Of a stretch of DNA of 64,000 nucleotides, positions 11,408 to 21,771 are shown piece after piece (the first letter of the stretch is position 1; each line of letters begins with the position of its first letter). The position numbers and the translations under genes were made by a program. Below the pieces are notes generated by a model. The model was not told the origin of the DNA. It searched no databases and saw only the letters and a program-made list of their open reading frames with translations. The stretch is from Verrucomicrobiota bacterium. Lineage in GTDB: Bacteria > Verrucomicrobiota > Kiritimatiellia > RFP12 > UBA1067. The stretch lies in NCBI GenBank assembly GCA_050874585.1, contig JBNMKZ010000008.1, positions 344 through 64,343 of the forward strand, written 5' to 3'.

Positions 11408-14400
11408 TCACTCGATGCGCAAGGCGCGAAGGCGCACCCCGGCACGCTGGGAGCCAAACGGCCTGAACTGCAAGTTGATGCGGGTAATCGCAACCGCGTC
11501 ACTTGCGACGAGCCTCCTCAACGGAATACGAATCGCCTGCCAAGTCGTCGGGTCCGCGTCGACTTGCGCCCCCCGATAGGCCACATACGCGCCCGACTTC
11601 TCTTCACCGTCCGCCGTCCGATAGCCGAACAGGAACTGCGGAGTCGCTGCAGGCTGCGTGGCCGCTCCGGCGGATGTCTCGCCCAAGTTGACTTCCACGA
11701 CAAAGCTGCGGTTCGTCACATCGTCCGCCGTCAGAGGAATCGCCTGGCGCAAGGCGGACGTGTTGCCCGCCCAGTCGGAGGAGGCATCCGAGACCAGGAC
11801 ATCCACGACCCCGTCCTTCACCACCGTCTTGATTCCGCCCCAATTGACAAAATTCAGGTTATCCTCCGCAAAACCCGCAACGAACGGGTTCTCCGACGGC
11901 ATCTCAAGCGACAGCGCGGCAATCATCACGCCCTTCGTCTTCTCTTCAAACGAGACCGAGGCGATGGACTTGCCGGATTGCGGATTGCCGCGCCGCGCCA
12001 TCCAAAGCGTCTTCCCGGCATGATTGCGCCAGCCGACCAACTGGCGGTCATTCGGCTCTGCAAAATCAAGCGCGGCAGAAGTTCCGTCCGCATAGTTCAG
12101 GCGGACGGTGAAAAGCGATCCCTTCGCTCCATCGGGAACCGCATAGAGGACATGGACGGCATTCGCCTTGCCCTCGCTCGGGACAGTGATTGCGCCCCGG
12201 TCAAGGCCGATGCCCGAGCGTCCGTCATTCTGGTCAATGCGAATGAACTCGAACGGAATGCCCTCGCAGACCTGACGACCCCATGGAATCTTCCCGAAGA
12301 CGTCCTCCAATGCCACATTGGCTGCGCGGCTCAAATCCACGAGCCGCACGCTTGCCGAATCGACCCAATAGGCATCCGTCGAGGCATCGGGACGATTCGC
12401 GGCAATCCAGTCCGAAAGTCCGGCGAGGAACTTTGCGGGGGATTCCGGCTCCTGGGCGAGGCGACGGGGCGATCCGCGCAGGACAACCGGCTCAAAGGGC
12501 AGCAACTTCACCAGCAATTCGCCCGCATCCGTCCGCGTCACGCCCATGCGGGTCGAGACATCCACCCATCCCCGGCAGTCCGCACCGACGCTCTGCGGCT
12601 TCAGGCGAATGGCGCGCGGCGCAAGGCCATGGTTGATGAGGATGAAGCCGGCGCCCCGCGCATTCCGCGCCGCCGCGCACTCGACATCGGGCAACTCCTC
12701 CCCGCTCCGGGCATCCGTAATGAGGCAGGATGGGACAATGCCAAGCCCTTCGGCGACCCGGCGGTAATAGACGGCCGCCTCACGCGCCGCCAGGCGACGG
12801 GGAAGGTGGATGAGATGACCGCGTCCAAGCGGCTGGTCCCGTCCCGTCACAAAGGCGGACGAATTCTTCTCGCCCCATTCCGTCAGGTCCAGCTTGTTCT
12901 CGACGGTCAGGAGCGTACCGCCCTTCTCCACCCAGCGGCGCAGGCGGTCGTTCGTTTCGGGGAGCGTCGCGTCCACGCCTGCCGCGACAAGGAGTTTGAC
13001 ATTCTTCAGGTGCCGCGCATCGAGCTGTTCCTCATAAACGACCTTAATCGGCAGTCGGGCGGCCAGCAGAGCCAGCACCGCCTCACGCGTGTAGGTTGCG
13101 TTCGGGTGCTTTTCCGCACGATCGAGGCGTTCCGTCGGCTGGGAGATAAGGACGGCAATCGAATTCGTCAGGCCGCGAAAACGCGGCGTAAAGAGATCGT
13201 TCACGAGGGCAACGTCCCGCGCCGCATCCTTGATGCCGGCAAAGGCCTTCGGCTTGACCGCCGCCGGATTGAGACATTCATAGGGCAGGACTTCGGCCAA
13301 AATCTGCGGTCCGTTCGGCTTCTTCCAGGTCCCATCCCTGCGTGAACGCCGCCCCCACTTAAAGTAGTAGAAACCATTGATGCCGCGAGCATACTCCTGA
13401 AGAATCGCCGCACGGTGATAGGAGCGCGTCGCCCCGAGATAGGTCTCGCCATCCACAATTGGACGATTCCCGGCAATGGCGAGACAGGCCAGCACCTCAT
13501 AGGGGCCGCCTCCACCTGTCGGGGTCATGACAATGTCCGTCGTCTCGTTGGCGAGAAGTGGATTCACGAAGCCGAAGCCAATGCCCAGCGGCTGGAAGCA
13601 GGTCCGCGCCTCGGGGTCGACCTCACGGAGGGCCTCCTTGCCGCGTTTCATGCCTCGGGCGAAGATCCGCTCATTGAACTTGATGCGGGCGACTTTCCGT
13701 GCCGCCGGCGGGGCATCCGCCGGGATGGACGCGGCAAATTTCTCAAACAGCTTGTCCGCAAGAGGCGTGTCGTCCTCGTACGTCGGCTCATTGAAAAGCT
13801 CGTAAACCATCGGCTTCACGCCATGCTCACGCAGTTCCTTCGCGCCACTCTGCCACATCTCCTTATAGAGGGTAAAGCCCTCTTCCGAAATCAGCGAATA
13901 GGGCATAAAGTGGCAGGAACCGTGCGAAAAGGCATCCTTTGACGGTGGACGGCTGGGGTCGTAGGTCAATCCGCCATGCGACCAACCGGCGCACGTGAAG
14001 TCAACGAAGACCGGGAGTCCGCACTTGTAGTAGCCGTCGGCACACGCCCAGTCCAACTGCGCCCCGGCCTGCCAGAACCACCTCTCGGGACGATACTTGC
14101 GCAACCACGAGACGGAGACCTCACCGCCGGAGGCATTGAACCCAAGGCGATCGAACTGCTCACGGGTCGGCGGCTTCTCGTAAAGCCACTCCCAACCGGG
14201 AATGTTCATGAAAAACGGCTCATATTCACTCAGACTGGGCACACCGTAGATGATGTTGCCGAACAGGAAAAGCGGCCGTCCGTCCTTCTGAAAACCTCCG
14301 CCCGCCGAAAAGGTCACGGACTCATCCTTCGACACCTGCGCCTGCGCGGCACCAGACACCGACAAAACTGAGAAGGATGAGAGAAAAAGAAGCAAAACGC

Positions 14401-14443
14401 ATAGAAAGCGCCCCATTCCAAGATTGCCATTCGTCTTTCGCAT
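11408..14443 (-). CDS. Secreted GH42-like (beta-galactosidase-like) glycoside hydrolase
   Basis: Signal peptide; YELFNEP and IVDGETY motifs; trimerisation-like domain (LRRWVEKGGTLL). Confidence 0.65.
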   Translation of the reverse strand: MRKTNGNLGMGRFLCVLLLFLSSFSVLSVSGAAQAQVSKDESVTFSAGGGFQKDGRPLFLFGNIIYGVPSLSEYEPFFMNIPGWEWLYEKPPTREQFDRLGFNASGGEVSVSWLRKYRPERWFWQAGAQLDWACADGYYKCGLPVFVDFTCAGWSHGGLTYDPSRPPSKDAFSHGSCHFMPYSLISEEGFTLYKEMWQSGAKELREHGVKPMVYELFNEPTYEDDTPLADKLFEKFAASIPADAPPAARKVARIKFNERIFARGMKRGKEALREVDPEARTCFQPLGIGFGFVNPLLANETTDIVMTPTGGGGPYEVLACLAIAGNRPIVDGETYLGATRSYHRAAILQEYARGINGFYYFKWGRRSRRDGTWKKPNGPQILAEVLPYECLNPAAVKPKAFAGIKDAARDVALVNDLFTPRFRGLTNSIAVLISQPTERLDRAEKHPNATYTREAVLALLAARLPIKVVYEEQLDARHLKNVKLLVAAGVDATLPETNDRLRRWVEKGGTLLTVENKLDLTEWGEKNSSAFVTGRDQPLGRGHLIHLPRRLAAREAAVYYRRVAEGLGIVPSCLITDARSGEELPDVECAAARNARGAGFILINHGLAPRAIRLKPQSVGADCRGWVDVSTRMGVTRTDAGELLVKLLPFEPVVLRGSPRRLAQEPESPAKFLAGLSDWIAANRPDASTDAYWVDSASVRLVDLSRAANVALEDVFGKIPWGRQVCEGIPFEFIRIDQNDGRSGIGLDRGAITVPSEGKANAVHVLYAVPDGAKGSLFTVRLNYADGTSAALDFAEPNDRQLVGWRNHAGKTLWMARRGNPQSGKSIASVSFEEKTKGVMIAALSLEMPSENPFVAGFAEDNLNFVNWGGIKTVVKDGVVDVLVSDASSDWAGNTSALRQAIPLTADDVTNRSFVVEVNLGETSAGAATQPAATPQFLFGYRTADGEEKSGAYVAYRGAQVDADPTTWQAIRIPLRRLVASDAVAITRINLQFRPFGSQRAGVRLRALRIE

Positions 14444-14450
14444 GGGTGGA

Positions 14451-14569
14451 AGTATACCATACCCCTTCTCAAGGGGTCAAGGGTGCCCGCACGCAGAAAA
14501 GCAAGCTGTTGATGCGTATGGGGGCTTGCTTCCGCCAACCGAACGGGGGCGGGTAGAATATGGTATAAT
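14451..14569. promoter_or_regulatory. Divergent extended -10 promoters
   Basis: Minus: TGGTATACT (14451-14459) 7 nt before ATG 14443. Plus: TGGTATAAT (14561-14569) 7 nt before ATG 14577. Confidence 0.7.
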
Positions 14570-14576
14570 AAGCCCA

Positions 14577-15602
14577 ATGCAGATGCCTGAATACAAGATT
14601 GGACGAACCGTATTCGGAAGCGAGGCCTCCATTGCCGCCGCCTACGAATCGTTTCGTGAACAGGAAATTGACGAGATTCGCCTTGCCGACAACCGCGCTT
14701 CGCCTTTCCCCGCCAAGCGCATCACACTGGCCGGCGAAGCCTCCGTTGCCGGTGTCGGCACCTTCAAGGGCAGCGAGAAACAGGTCCTGACATTCGCGCC
14801 AAGCGAGCGTCCCGGCTGGTGGATTCGCCGCATGGACCATCCCGAGCAACTGGATACCCAGGTGGACATCTCCAACCTCTGGACGAGCGCACAGAACCTC
14901 GTGCTCCGCTCGGGCAGTCCGCACAACTACCTGCGCATGGTCGAGCACATCATCGCCCTCAAGGCCGGTCTCGGGCTGGACGACATCCTGCTGAAGGTCA
15001 AGAGCGGCGACCCGCCCCTCTTCGACCAGTCCTCGTTGCCGCTCATCAAGGCCGTCGACCACGCAAAGACGATTGCTCGTGAAACTGCCGCGACCTATGT
15101 CACGGTCAAGGAGCCTGTCGCCTTCGGCGGAAAACGCGGCGATTTTCTGCTCTTTTTCCCAGCCAAGGAGGGCGAACGCAATCTCCGAATCGACTGCGCC
15201 ATCTCCTGGAACACCGTCATCGGCAAGCAGCGCGTCCTTTTTGACGTGACGCCCGAGACCTTCCGTTATGCCGCGCTCGCCCGGACGAATGCCACGCACC
15301 GCCAGTACGTGCTCGCCAAGACCGTCGGCAAACTTTTTGCCGCGACGCGGAACTGGGGCTACAACGAGAAGAACATCCTCATTCACGGCCCGCGCAAGTT
15401 CTATACGGAGCCGCGCTTCCCCGTCAACGGCAAGTTCCTCGAACCCGTCTGGCATCGGGCGACGCTGGATCTCATGGCCGCGCTCTCGCTGACTGGCGCG
15501 GACCGCTTTGTCGGCACGGTCGTCAGCTACCGCGCAGGGCACACCCTTGATTGCGACGCCATTCGCGCCCTCTACAGAAACAACCTGATATGCTCAATCT
15601 GA
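14577..15602 (+). CDS. lpxC: LpxC-like UDP-3-O-acyl-GlcNAc deacetylase (divergent)
   Basis: VAGVGTFKG, MVEHIIAL, DPPLFDQSS, ALART, HRATLDL, YRAGH correspond to LpxC motifs; start chosen from the promoter. Confidence 0.7.
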   Translation: MQMPEYKIGRTVFGSEASIAAAYESFREQEIDEIRLADNRASPFPAKRITLAGEASVAGVGTFKGSEKQVLTFAPSERPGWWIRRMDHPEQLDTQVDISNLWTSAQNLVLRSGSPHNYLRMVEHIIALKAGLGLDDILLKVKSGDPPLFDQSSLPLIKAVDHAKTIARETAATYVTVKEPVAFGGKRGDFLLFFPAKEGERNLRIDCAISWNTVIGKQRVLFDVTPETFRYAALARTNATHRQYVLAKTVGKLFAATRNWGYNEKNILIHGPRKFYTEPRFPVNGKFLEPVWHRATLDLMAALSLTGADRFVGTVVSYRAGHTLDCDAIRALYRNNLICSI

Positions 15603-16405
15603 AACTTACGCGCCCACTCATCGTCTTCGACATCGAGTCGACCGGGACATCCCCGCGCCGCGATCGCATCATCGAACTCGCGGCCATCAAGGTCATGCCC
15701 GACGGAACCGAAGTCCCGATGTGCTGGCTCCTGAACCCGACCATCCCGATTCCGCCCGAGACGACGGCCATTCACGGCATCACGAACGAACTCGTGAAGG
15801 ACTGCCCGACATTTGCGGATATGTCGAAATGGATTTTCGACTACTTCAAGGACTGCGACCTCTCGGGCTTCAACTCGGACCGCTTTGACATTCCGATCCT
15901 TGAGGAGGAGTTCGCCCGGTGCGGACTGAACTTCGCCTCCTCCACACGCAAGCACGTCGACGTGCAGCGCATCTATCACCGCAAGGAACCGCGCGACCTC
16001 ACCTCTGCCGTCAAGTTCTACTGCAACCGCCCCCACACGGGCGCACATGGTGCCGAGGCGGATACACGTGCCACGCTGGACGTGCTGAAGGCGCAACTTG
16101 AAAAGTACGACGACCTGCCGAAGTCGGTGGACGAGATGGACGAATACCTCGTGCCGCATGATCCGCTGAACGCCGATCGCCAGGGCATGCTGCGCTGGAA
16201 GGACGGGGAACTCTGCATCAACTTCGGCAAGAAGAAAGGCGAACCCCTTCGGCGCATGATGCTGAACGAGCCAGGCTACCTGCGTTGGATTGTCAAGGGC
16301 GACTTCGACACCGACGTGCGGATGATTGTGCAGGATCTCGTCGAGAACGGACGGCTTCCGCCCATTCCTCCCGAGGCACGAAAGCCGACCACGCCATCCA
16401 AGTGA
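15590..16405 (+). CDS. DEDDh 3'-5' exonuclease (DnaQ/epsilon-like)
   Basis: VFDIESTG, GFNSDRFD, AHGAEAD; C-terminal NFGKKKG. Confidence 0.9.
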   Translation: MLNLKLTRPLIVFDIESTGTSPRRDRIIELAAIKVMPDGTEVPMCWLLNPTIPIPPETTAIHGITNELVKDCPTFADMSKWIFDYFKDCDLSGFNSDRFDIPILEEEFARCGLNFASSTRKHVDVQRIYHRKEPRDLTSAVKFYCNRPHTGAHGAEADTRATLDVLKAQLEKYDDLPKSVDEMDEYLVPHDPLNADRQGMLRWKDGELCINFGKKKGEPLRRMMLNEPGYLRWIVKGDFDTDVRMIVQDLVENGRLPPIPPEARKPTTPSK

Positions 16406-16410
16406 GAGGG

Positions 16411-16437
16411 AAGTGCCGCCGGATTCCGGCGGCACTT
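16411..16437 (+). terminator. Perfect 12-bp hairpin after the exonuclease gene
   Basis: aagtgccgccgg-att-ccggcggcactt; weak U tail. Confidence 0.55.
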
Positions 16438-16548
16438 TGACTTCACCCACCTTTCTATCGCGGCAGTTTTCGCCTGAACCTATTGCCGCGCCGAGAAAAC
16501 CGGGGAGCGACATTTCCCATAAAATTGGGGCTTTTCCACATTCCCCCC

Positions 16549-16577
16549 TTGCCAAAACCCGAAAAACTTGGTACATT
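16549..16577 (+). promoter_or_regulatory. Sigma70-type promoter of HU gene
   Basis: TTGCCA-17 nt-TACATT with TG extension. Confidence 0.6.
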
Positions 16578-16631
16578 ATGCACCAAACACAAGGGAAGTG
16601 TTCTCTTGTGATACAAAAAGGATCAAGAACA

Positions 16632-16955
16632 ATGGCTAAGTGTAAGAAAGAAGTCCCGACCACCAAGAGTGGTATTATGGCCGCGCTCGCCGAGGCCGCT
16701 GGCATCACCAAGGCCCAGGCCGTGACAGCCTATGAGACGCTCATCGGTCTCGCCTACGAGGGTGCTCGTGCGAACGAGAAGGGTTGGGTCATTCCTGGCC
16801 TTGGCAAGCTCCTCATCAAGAAGCAGGGTGCGCGTAAGGTTCGCAATCCGCAGACGGGCGAGGAAATCAAGAAGCCCGCGTGCAAGGTCGCGAAGTTCCG
16901 TCTCGCGAAGGCCGCGAAGGACGCCCTTGTTCCGCCGAAGGCCGCGAAGAAGTAA
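16632..16955 (+). CDS. HU family DNA-binding protein
   Basis: IPGLGKL...ARKVRNPQTGEEI...AKFRLAKAAKD. Confidence 0.93.
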   Translation: MAKCKKEVPTTKSGIMAALAEAAGITKAQAVTAYETLIGLAYEGARANEKGWVIPGLGKLLIKKQGARKVRNPQTGEEIKKPACKVAKFRLAKAAKDALVPPKAAKK

Positions 16956-16973
16956 TTCGCCTTTGAGCACGAG

Positions 16974-17012
16974 AACTGGCGCGGACTCCAAGGGGGTGCG
17001 CGCCAGTTTTTT
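16974..17012 (+). terminator. Rho-independent terminator of HU gene
   Basis: aactggcgcg...cgcgccagtt followed by a T run. Confidence 0.8.
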
Positions 17013-17070
17013 ATTGCCCAACCTACCATGAGACGGCCCAACTATCAATGATGGACACTCATCCTCACGC

Positions 17071-18060
17071 TCAAGATTTAATCGCCCCTTTCCATCCGCG
17101 ACCAATGACGAGAGGCAACAGCCAAATCCAATGAGGCGCAAAGATCCAAGGTTCAGACATACCCCAGCCGATGGCAAAGTGAATGCCAACATCCACTGCA
17201 AGATATGAAGCATACGTAATTACCAATGGGTATTGGCGGGAACGAATTAACTTAGAGAGGCCAAAAAGTGCCGCAGGATAAACAAGGCAAGCCTGAACAA
17301 GCCCTACCGGACGGATAAAAAAGCCATAGAATTCGGTGGCAATATGACGATTTTCCGGAATCCAAGAGAGCGTTGCGGTAATCCCAGACCCAATGCCGCG
17401 ACCTGTTAGATAGGCACGAACAGCAAACGAACCAACCCCCAGGAGCACAAAACAAACTGCGGCACCCACAATCTTCGCAATCTTTTTCCAATCACCACAA
17501 GTCGCCACATAAGCCAAAATGGGCTTGACTCCATTCGTCAGCGTAATCAATCCATTCAATACGGCCAAGACGCACACCATGACTGGAAAGGCATAATGTC
17601 CCCAGCGTTCCGTCACATATCGTCCATCTGTCATCGTATAAATACTTCCGACAAGTACGAACTGCGCCAGCGGAAAACTCTCCGGAATCCCTGCGATGAG
17701 CCAAGTAGTTGGAAAACTCAGCCAAACGATGAACCCAATCCAGCCCGCCATTCGCCAGATGAGCCAAGCTGTCGCCGTCGCAACCGCCGGCATCACAAGG
17801 AGATAGGCTTCATTCCAAATATGCTGCAACACAACCAAGGGCGAGGCAACGATCCCGAGTCCCGGGTGACGAAATCCAAAGTAGCCAATCCACCGCCAGT
17901 CACTAATCTGCTCGACAAAGGCCCGATAATCCCAACCCCAGACTTCATCCAGCCTATGTGCGTTCACATACCCACGTAGCACCACGGCAAAAGCCACAAA
18001 TGCCGCGTAGATACCAATCCAAACAGCCGCCATCCAATGGAATTGTCGCTTCTGATACAT
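17071..18060 (-). CDS. Polytopic membrane protein (DUF6080-like, possibly GT-C fold)
   Basis: Many TM segments; FRHP, PESF, TLTNGVK and IFAPHW motifs recalled from DUF6080 proteins. Confidence 0.55.
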   Translation of the reverse strand: MYQKRQFHWMAAVWIGIYAAFVAFAVVLRGYVNAHRLDEVWGWDYRAFVEQISDWRWIGYFGFRHPGLGIVASPLVVLQHIWNEAYLLVMPAVATATAWLIWRMAGWIGFIVWLSFPTTWLIAGIPESFPLAQFVLVGSIYTMTDGRYVTERWGHYAFPVMVCVLAVLNGLITLTNGVKPILAYVATCGDWKKIAKIVGAAVCFVLLGVGSFAVRAYLTGRGIGSGITATLSWIPENRHIATEFYGFFIRPVGLVQACLVYPAALFGLSKLIRSRQYPLVITYASYLAVDVGIHFAIGWGMSEPWIFAPHWIWLLPLVIGRGWKGAIKS

Positions 18061-18131
18061 GAATCAATAACTCATTTCAGAATTGCCAAATTTGGATAAC
18101 ACTGGAAATAATAAAGAAGCCATGAAGAATT

Positions 18132-19094
18132 TTATATCTGCGGAATAGTCTCTCGCAGGGCTTCACAAAGGCTCTCGACGCACCCGCTTCGAAAGAGCCT
18201 AATAGTTCCTGGGTACCGATTCGCAACAGCGACAACTCCCGGATTATCGCTCGCCACGATCGGTCTTCCCAATTGTAAGTATTCAAATAATTTGAGCGGA
18301 TAATTCCATTTCAAACTCGGAACCGATAGGTAAGGAACAAGCAAGGCGCGGCATTCCCGTAGCCGCGCAAACGCCTCTTGTTGGGTCAAGCGACCCGCAA
18401 AGGTCACGGCCTCGCTTACCTTCACCGACGGTGGATTGCCAATCCAAAGACAACTCACGCCACCCATTCGCCGTAGGGCTTCCGACACCAGAGGTCCACC
18501 CTTAGCCCAAGTCCAATTGCTCAAGACACCAATATCATACCTGAGACAAGGCGAATTTTCAATTTTAGTTGGACAAAGATCCCTAAACGCGTCCTGCATT
18601 CGAAGTTCAACCTGTCCCGGAGAAGGATGATACCCTATCTCCTCCAGAAGACCTGGATGAATGTTAAGAACAATTCGATCTGCCGACAGAGCCAATCGCC
18701 GCCACATCCAATCAATCAATCGGCGCAACCACCGATAATGGTCGCGATACCCGAGACTTGGAGGATCCCAGAGAAACATCGTCCATGCGCACCCCTTGCG
18801 ATGTTTCAACTGACGCGCCAAGAAAAGACAAGGAAAGTCAAATCCGGTGAAAAGTACCGTATCCTTGTCAACAATCCTCTCCAACAAATGAAAAAGAGAC
18901 CCAAAAGAATGATAGTAAACAATGCGAGAACAGCGCACGGCAATCGAATCCGGCACCTGGGAATCAGCAGGCACACACAAGGTTGTCTTATAGGAAGAAA
19001 CAACCTCAAGTGGCTTCAGATAGACATTCGCATGAGGTGTAATCCAACTTGCAGACAAGTTGCTTCGTGTAATATAGACCGCCCGACGGTTCAT
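18132..19094 (-). CDS. Glycosyltransferase (GT4/GT-B)
   Basis: PLKLFEYLQLGRPIVASD; ATGA overlap with the upstream gene sets the start. Confidence 0.85.
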   Translation of the reverse strand: MNRRAVYITRSNLSASWITPHANVYLKPLEVVSSYKTTLCVPADSQVPDSIAVRCSRIVYYHSFGSLFHLLERIVDKDTVLFTGFDFPCLFLARQLKHRKGCAWTMFLWDPPSLGYRDHYRWLRRLIDWMWRRLALSADRIVLNIHPGLLEEIGYHPSPGQVELRMQDAFRDLCPTKIENSPCLRYDIGVLSNWTWAKGGPLVSEALRRMGGVSCLWIGNPPSVKVSEAVTFAGRLTQQEAFARLRECRALLVPYLSVPSLKWNYPLKLFEYLQLGRPIVASDNPGVVAVANRYPGTIRLFRSGCVESLCEALRETIPQI

Positions 19095-19948
19095 CGTATA
19101 CCCTTTACATTCGGCCAGCTTGGATTCTTCCCATAACGTCCACCCCGCGTCAATAGATTCCAGATAGCATTGAACGGCGGGCACCCCCACCATCTCATTC
19201 GATAGAATAGGGTCACTTCCAGTTTTCGCAAAACACTTGCCCGAATATTTGGCACGAGCAACCCATTCGGCAACAGCGTCTGAGTCGCGTCAATACAATG
19301 CGGCGCAAAGGAACGCAGGCCATTTTCCGCCAAATTCTGCCGCGCTGCGTCGCCCGAGCACACAGTTCGCCGCCCTCCTGCAATATGCCCATAATCATGA
19401 AACTGATGCTCCACCCGAACGAAATAACTCGCATCAATAACAGGGACTCGTTTCCGCAGGCAATAGGCAACCAGTGCACTGTCGCAGTAGGATCGACCCA
19501 TCACAACGGGCGGCAAATCGCGAAATAGACCTCGTCGGAACAAAAAATAATCCATTCCGCATGGTCGGTGCAAACATTTTTCGCCATCCTTCGTGCGATC
19601 AATACGCTGCCCTGTCAGCAAAAAATCCCCCTGTGGCATCGCTTCACACACTTTCAGAAGCGAACCGTCAAACAGAAGATCGCCATTCGAATAAAGGAAC
19701 AATTCCGATTCCGTATGCGTGAACAACCATTTCACCATCGCATTAAATGTGGGGACGCGTCCATTTCCCGGCAGAACCACCGTCCGCACATCTAATCCCA
19801 AGTCTTCCGCCCCACACGCGGATGTCTCAAAATTCAAGATCTCAACGCCGGGGAAGAACTCCCGCCAATTTGCAAGGGCCTTTCGTTGGACATCCCCAGC
19901 AACCCCCATTGGCGGTTTAAGTGATGTGAAGATGACAAGCCTCATCAT
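19091..19948 (-). CDS. Putative GT-A glycosyltransferase-like protein
   Basis: YSNGDLLF, GMDYFLF, VEHQFHDY; position in the locus. Confidence 0.6.
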   Translation of the reverse strand: MMRLVIFTSLKPPMGVAGDVQRKALANWREFFPGVEILNFETSACGAEDLGLDVRTVVLPGNGRVPTFNAMVKWLFTHTESELFLYSNGDLLFDGSLLKVCEAMPQGDFLLTGQRIDRTKDGEKCLHRPCGMDYFLFRRGLFRDLPPVVMGRSYCDSALVAYCLRKRVPVIDASYFVRVEHQFHDYGHIAGGRRTVCSGDAARQNLAENGLRSFAPHCIDATQTLLPNGLLVPNIRASVLRKLEVTLFYRMRWWGCPPFNAIWNLLTRGGRYGKNPSWPNVKGIR

Positions 19949-20737
19949 TCAATTCTCCCCGAGGGGTTCATCCCTGACTGGACGACGGAAAATCTGCACA
20001 CGAACAAACTCCAACAAGAGAATCGCCGCCGCCCTCGGCACACACCACATGTTGCGCCTAAAAGTGCGACGGCCGCCTGACACGAGCCGCCAAAGCCAAC
20101 AAAGCCCCGCCCGATGAATCCATTCGGGCACCTGCGGAACACGCCCCGTATAAAAATCAAAAACCGCACCGACAGGTAACAGCACGGGGACGCCAAGCTC
20201 GTGCAGATGCCGCGCACACCACTTCTCCTGCTTCGGGCTACCCAATGCCACCCACATGAAGTCCGGTTTGGCGGATGAAATCAACTCCTTCTGCCGCGCC
20301 CACTCTTCGGGTGTCACTTCCCCAAATGGCGGCGTATAGGCTCCTACAATCTGCGCCCCCGGAAATTGCCCTCGCATCTTCTCGGCCAATTCTGCCGCGA
20401 CACCGGGTCCTGCACCATAAAAGAAGTGCCGCCAGCCTCGTTTCACACCAAAGGAAAGTGCCTTGGGGAATACATGTGGTCCTATCACTCGTTCCGGCAA
20501 GCGTCCACCGCAAATCCGTGCCAGCATTTTCGTCACTTGCCCGTCCGCCAAGACAGCATCCGCCCGCCTGTAGGCAAGGGCAAGTTCTTCTTCCTGCCAA
20601 CCATGCGCAAGACCATTCGCATCGCAAAAACACGCAAAATGCACGCGCCCATCCTGTCGCCATTCATCCATTGCCGCCAGCAACTCTTCGTAGGTGCACG
20701 CAGCGACATCCCATTTATGTAAAGTTATCTTCTTCAT
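19949..20737 (-). CDS. WecB/TagA/CpsF family glycosyltransferase
   Basis: VLADG, ERVIGP, VALGSPKQEKW, VGAVFDF. Confidence 0.93.
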   Translation of the reverse strand: MKKITLHKWDVAACTYEELLAAMDEWRQDGRVHFACFCDANGLAHGWQEEELALAYRRADAVLADGQVTKMLARICGGRLPERVIGPHVFPKALSFGVKRGWRHFFYGAGPGVAAELAEKMRGQFPGAQIVGAYTPPFGEVTPEEWARQKELISSAKPDFMWVALGSPKQEKWCARHLHELGVPVLLPVGAVFDFYTGRVPQVPEWIHRAGLCWLWRLVSGGRRTFRRNMWCVPRAAAILLLEFVRVQIFRRPVRDEPLGEN

Positions 20738-20765
20738 CTTACCACTCTTCCTTCTTGATGCGGTG

Positions 20766-21269
20766 CTACTCTTTAACAATAATCCGCCACGACCCTCGCG
20801 TTCCACCGACCCGCTCGACGATTTCCTTAGCCTTCAGGGCGGAAAATTGCTTATCAAGCGTATTTTTCCTGATTCCGAGCGATTCCGCCATCTTCCGAAT
20901 GGAAATCTTCGGATCTCGCTTCAGAATTTCACAAATCCGCCGTTGTTCACCTGGCAGGGAGCCCAATGCATTGTCCCCCCTATTGTCCCCCCTATTGTCC
21001 GTAGCCTCCGAAACCGCCGCCCGACGTCTGATGACCAAGCGAATGGCATTTCCAAAATCGGCGACCTCCAATGTACCAAGCCCCGCCTCTCTGACTGCCC
21101 GCTGAACACGCAACAGCCCACTCCCCCAGTTCTCGATGAAAAACATATAGGCAAAAACTGCCGCGATGACCTTGTTTCGACATTCCGAATGGCCGACAAT
21201 CACCTCGTTCGGAACGCGCTTGAACTCAAGTTCGGCCGTTTCACCGCGTCGGATATCGTCAATCAGCAT
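20766..21269 (-). pseudogene. Internally deleted AlbA_2/HATPase/HTH (RecG-C-like ATP-binding regulator) gene
   Basis: GETAELEFK (AlbA_2 start) joins directly to SECRNKVIA..IENWGSG and a C-terminal HTH (IERVG..GSW type). Confidence 0.65.
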
Positions 21270-21771
21270 GACACACCCCCGTCTTTTTGCGCAAAACCAA
21301 CACATCCAAACGGCGCATTCTGCCGCGCAACAAACTCATTGAGCGAAAGCGCCACCACATCAAGGCCAATCGCCAAAAATTGCGCCATTGCACGCAGAAG
21401 CGCGGCAGAAATCTTCCTTTCACCAACTTTCACGCACTTATTATACACTAATCCGCGAAACCTCACAATCGCGAATTTTTGAGAATCCTAAAGTTCAAGT
21501 TTAGAATCCTCAAAATCAACCGTCTTCACGACTTCCTTCTTTTCAATCAGCACCCGACTGAGTAGCCGTACTGCCCACGAAACGAAATCACACGACACGT
21601 CAAATTCTATTCAAATGTGAATAGCTCAAGTTTGAATAGGTTTTGATTCGGCCGGTAGACAAGTTGTGCACTCCTCGCGAGTCCGCAGGCCTCTCTGATT
21701 GTAGAAACAATTAAACTTCCGCAAAAAGAGTTACTCCCGCCAATCATCCGTTATCAACACGATTAGCCCTT

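Noticed and set aside
21482-21640. agaatcct duplicate (21 bp apart) and ctattca/tgaatag hairpin
   Set aside because: Only two copies in AT-rich DNA; too weak to call
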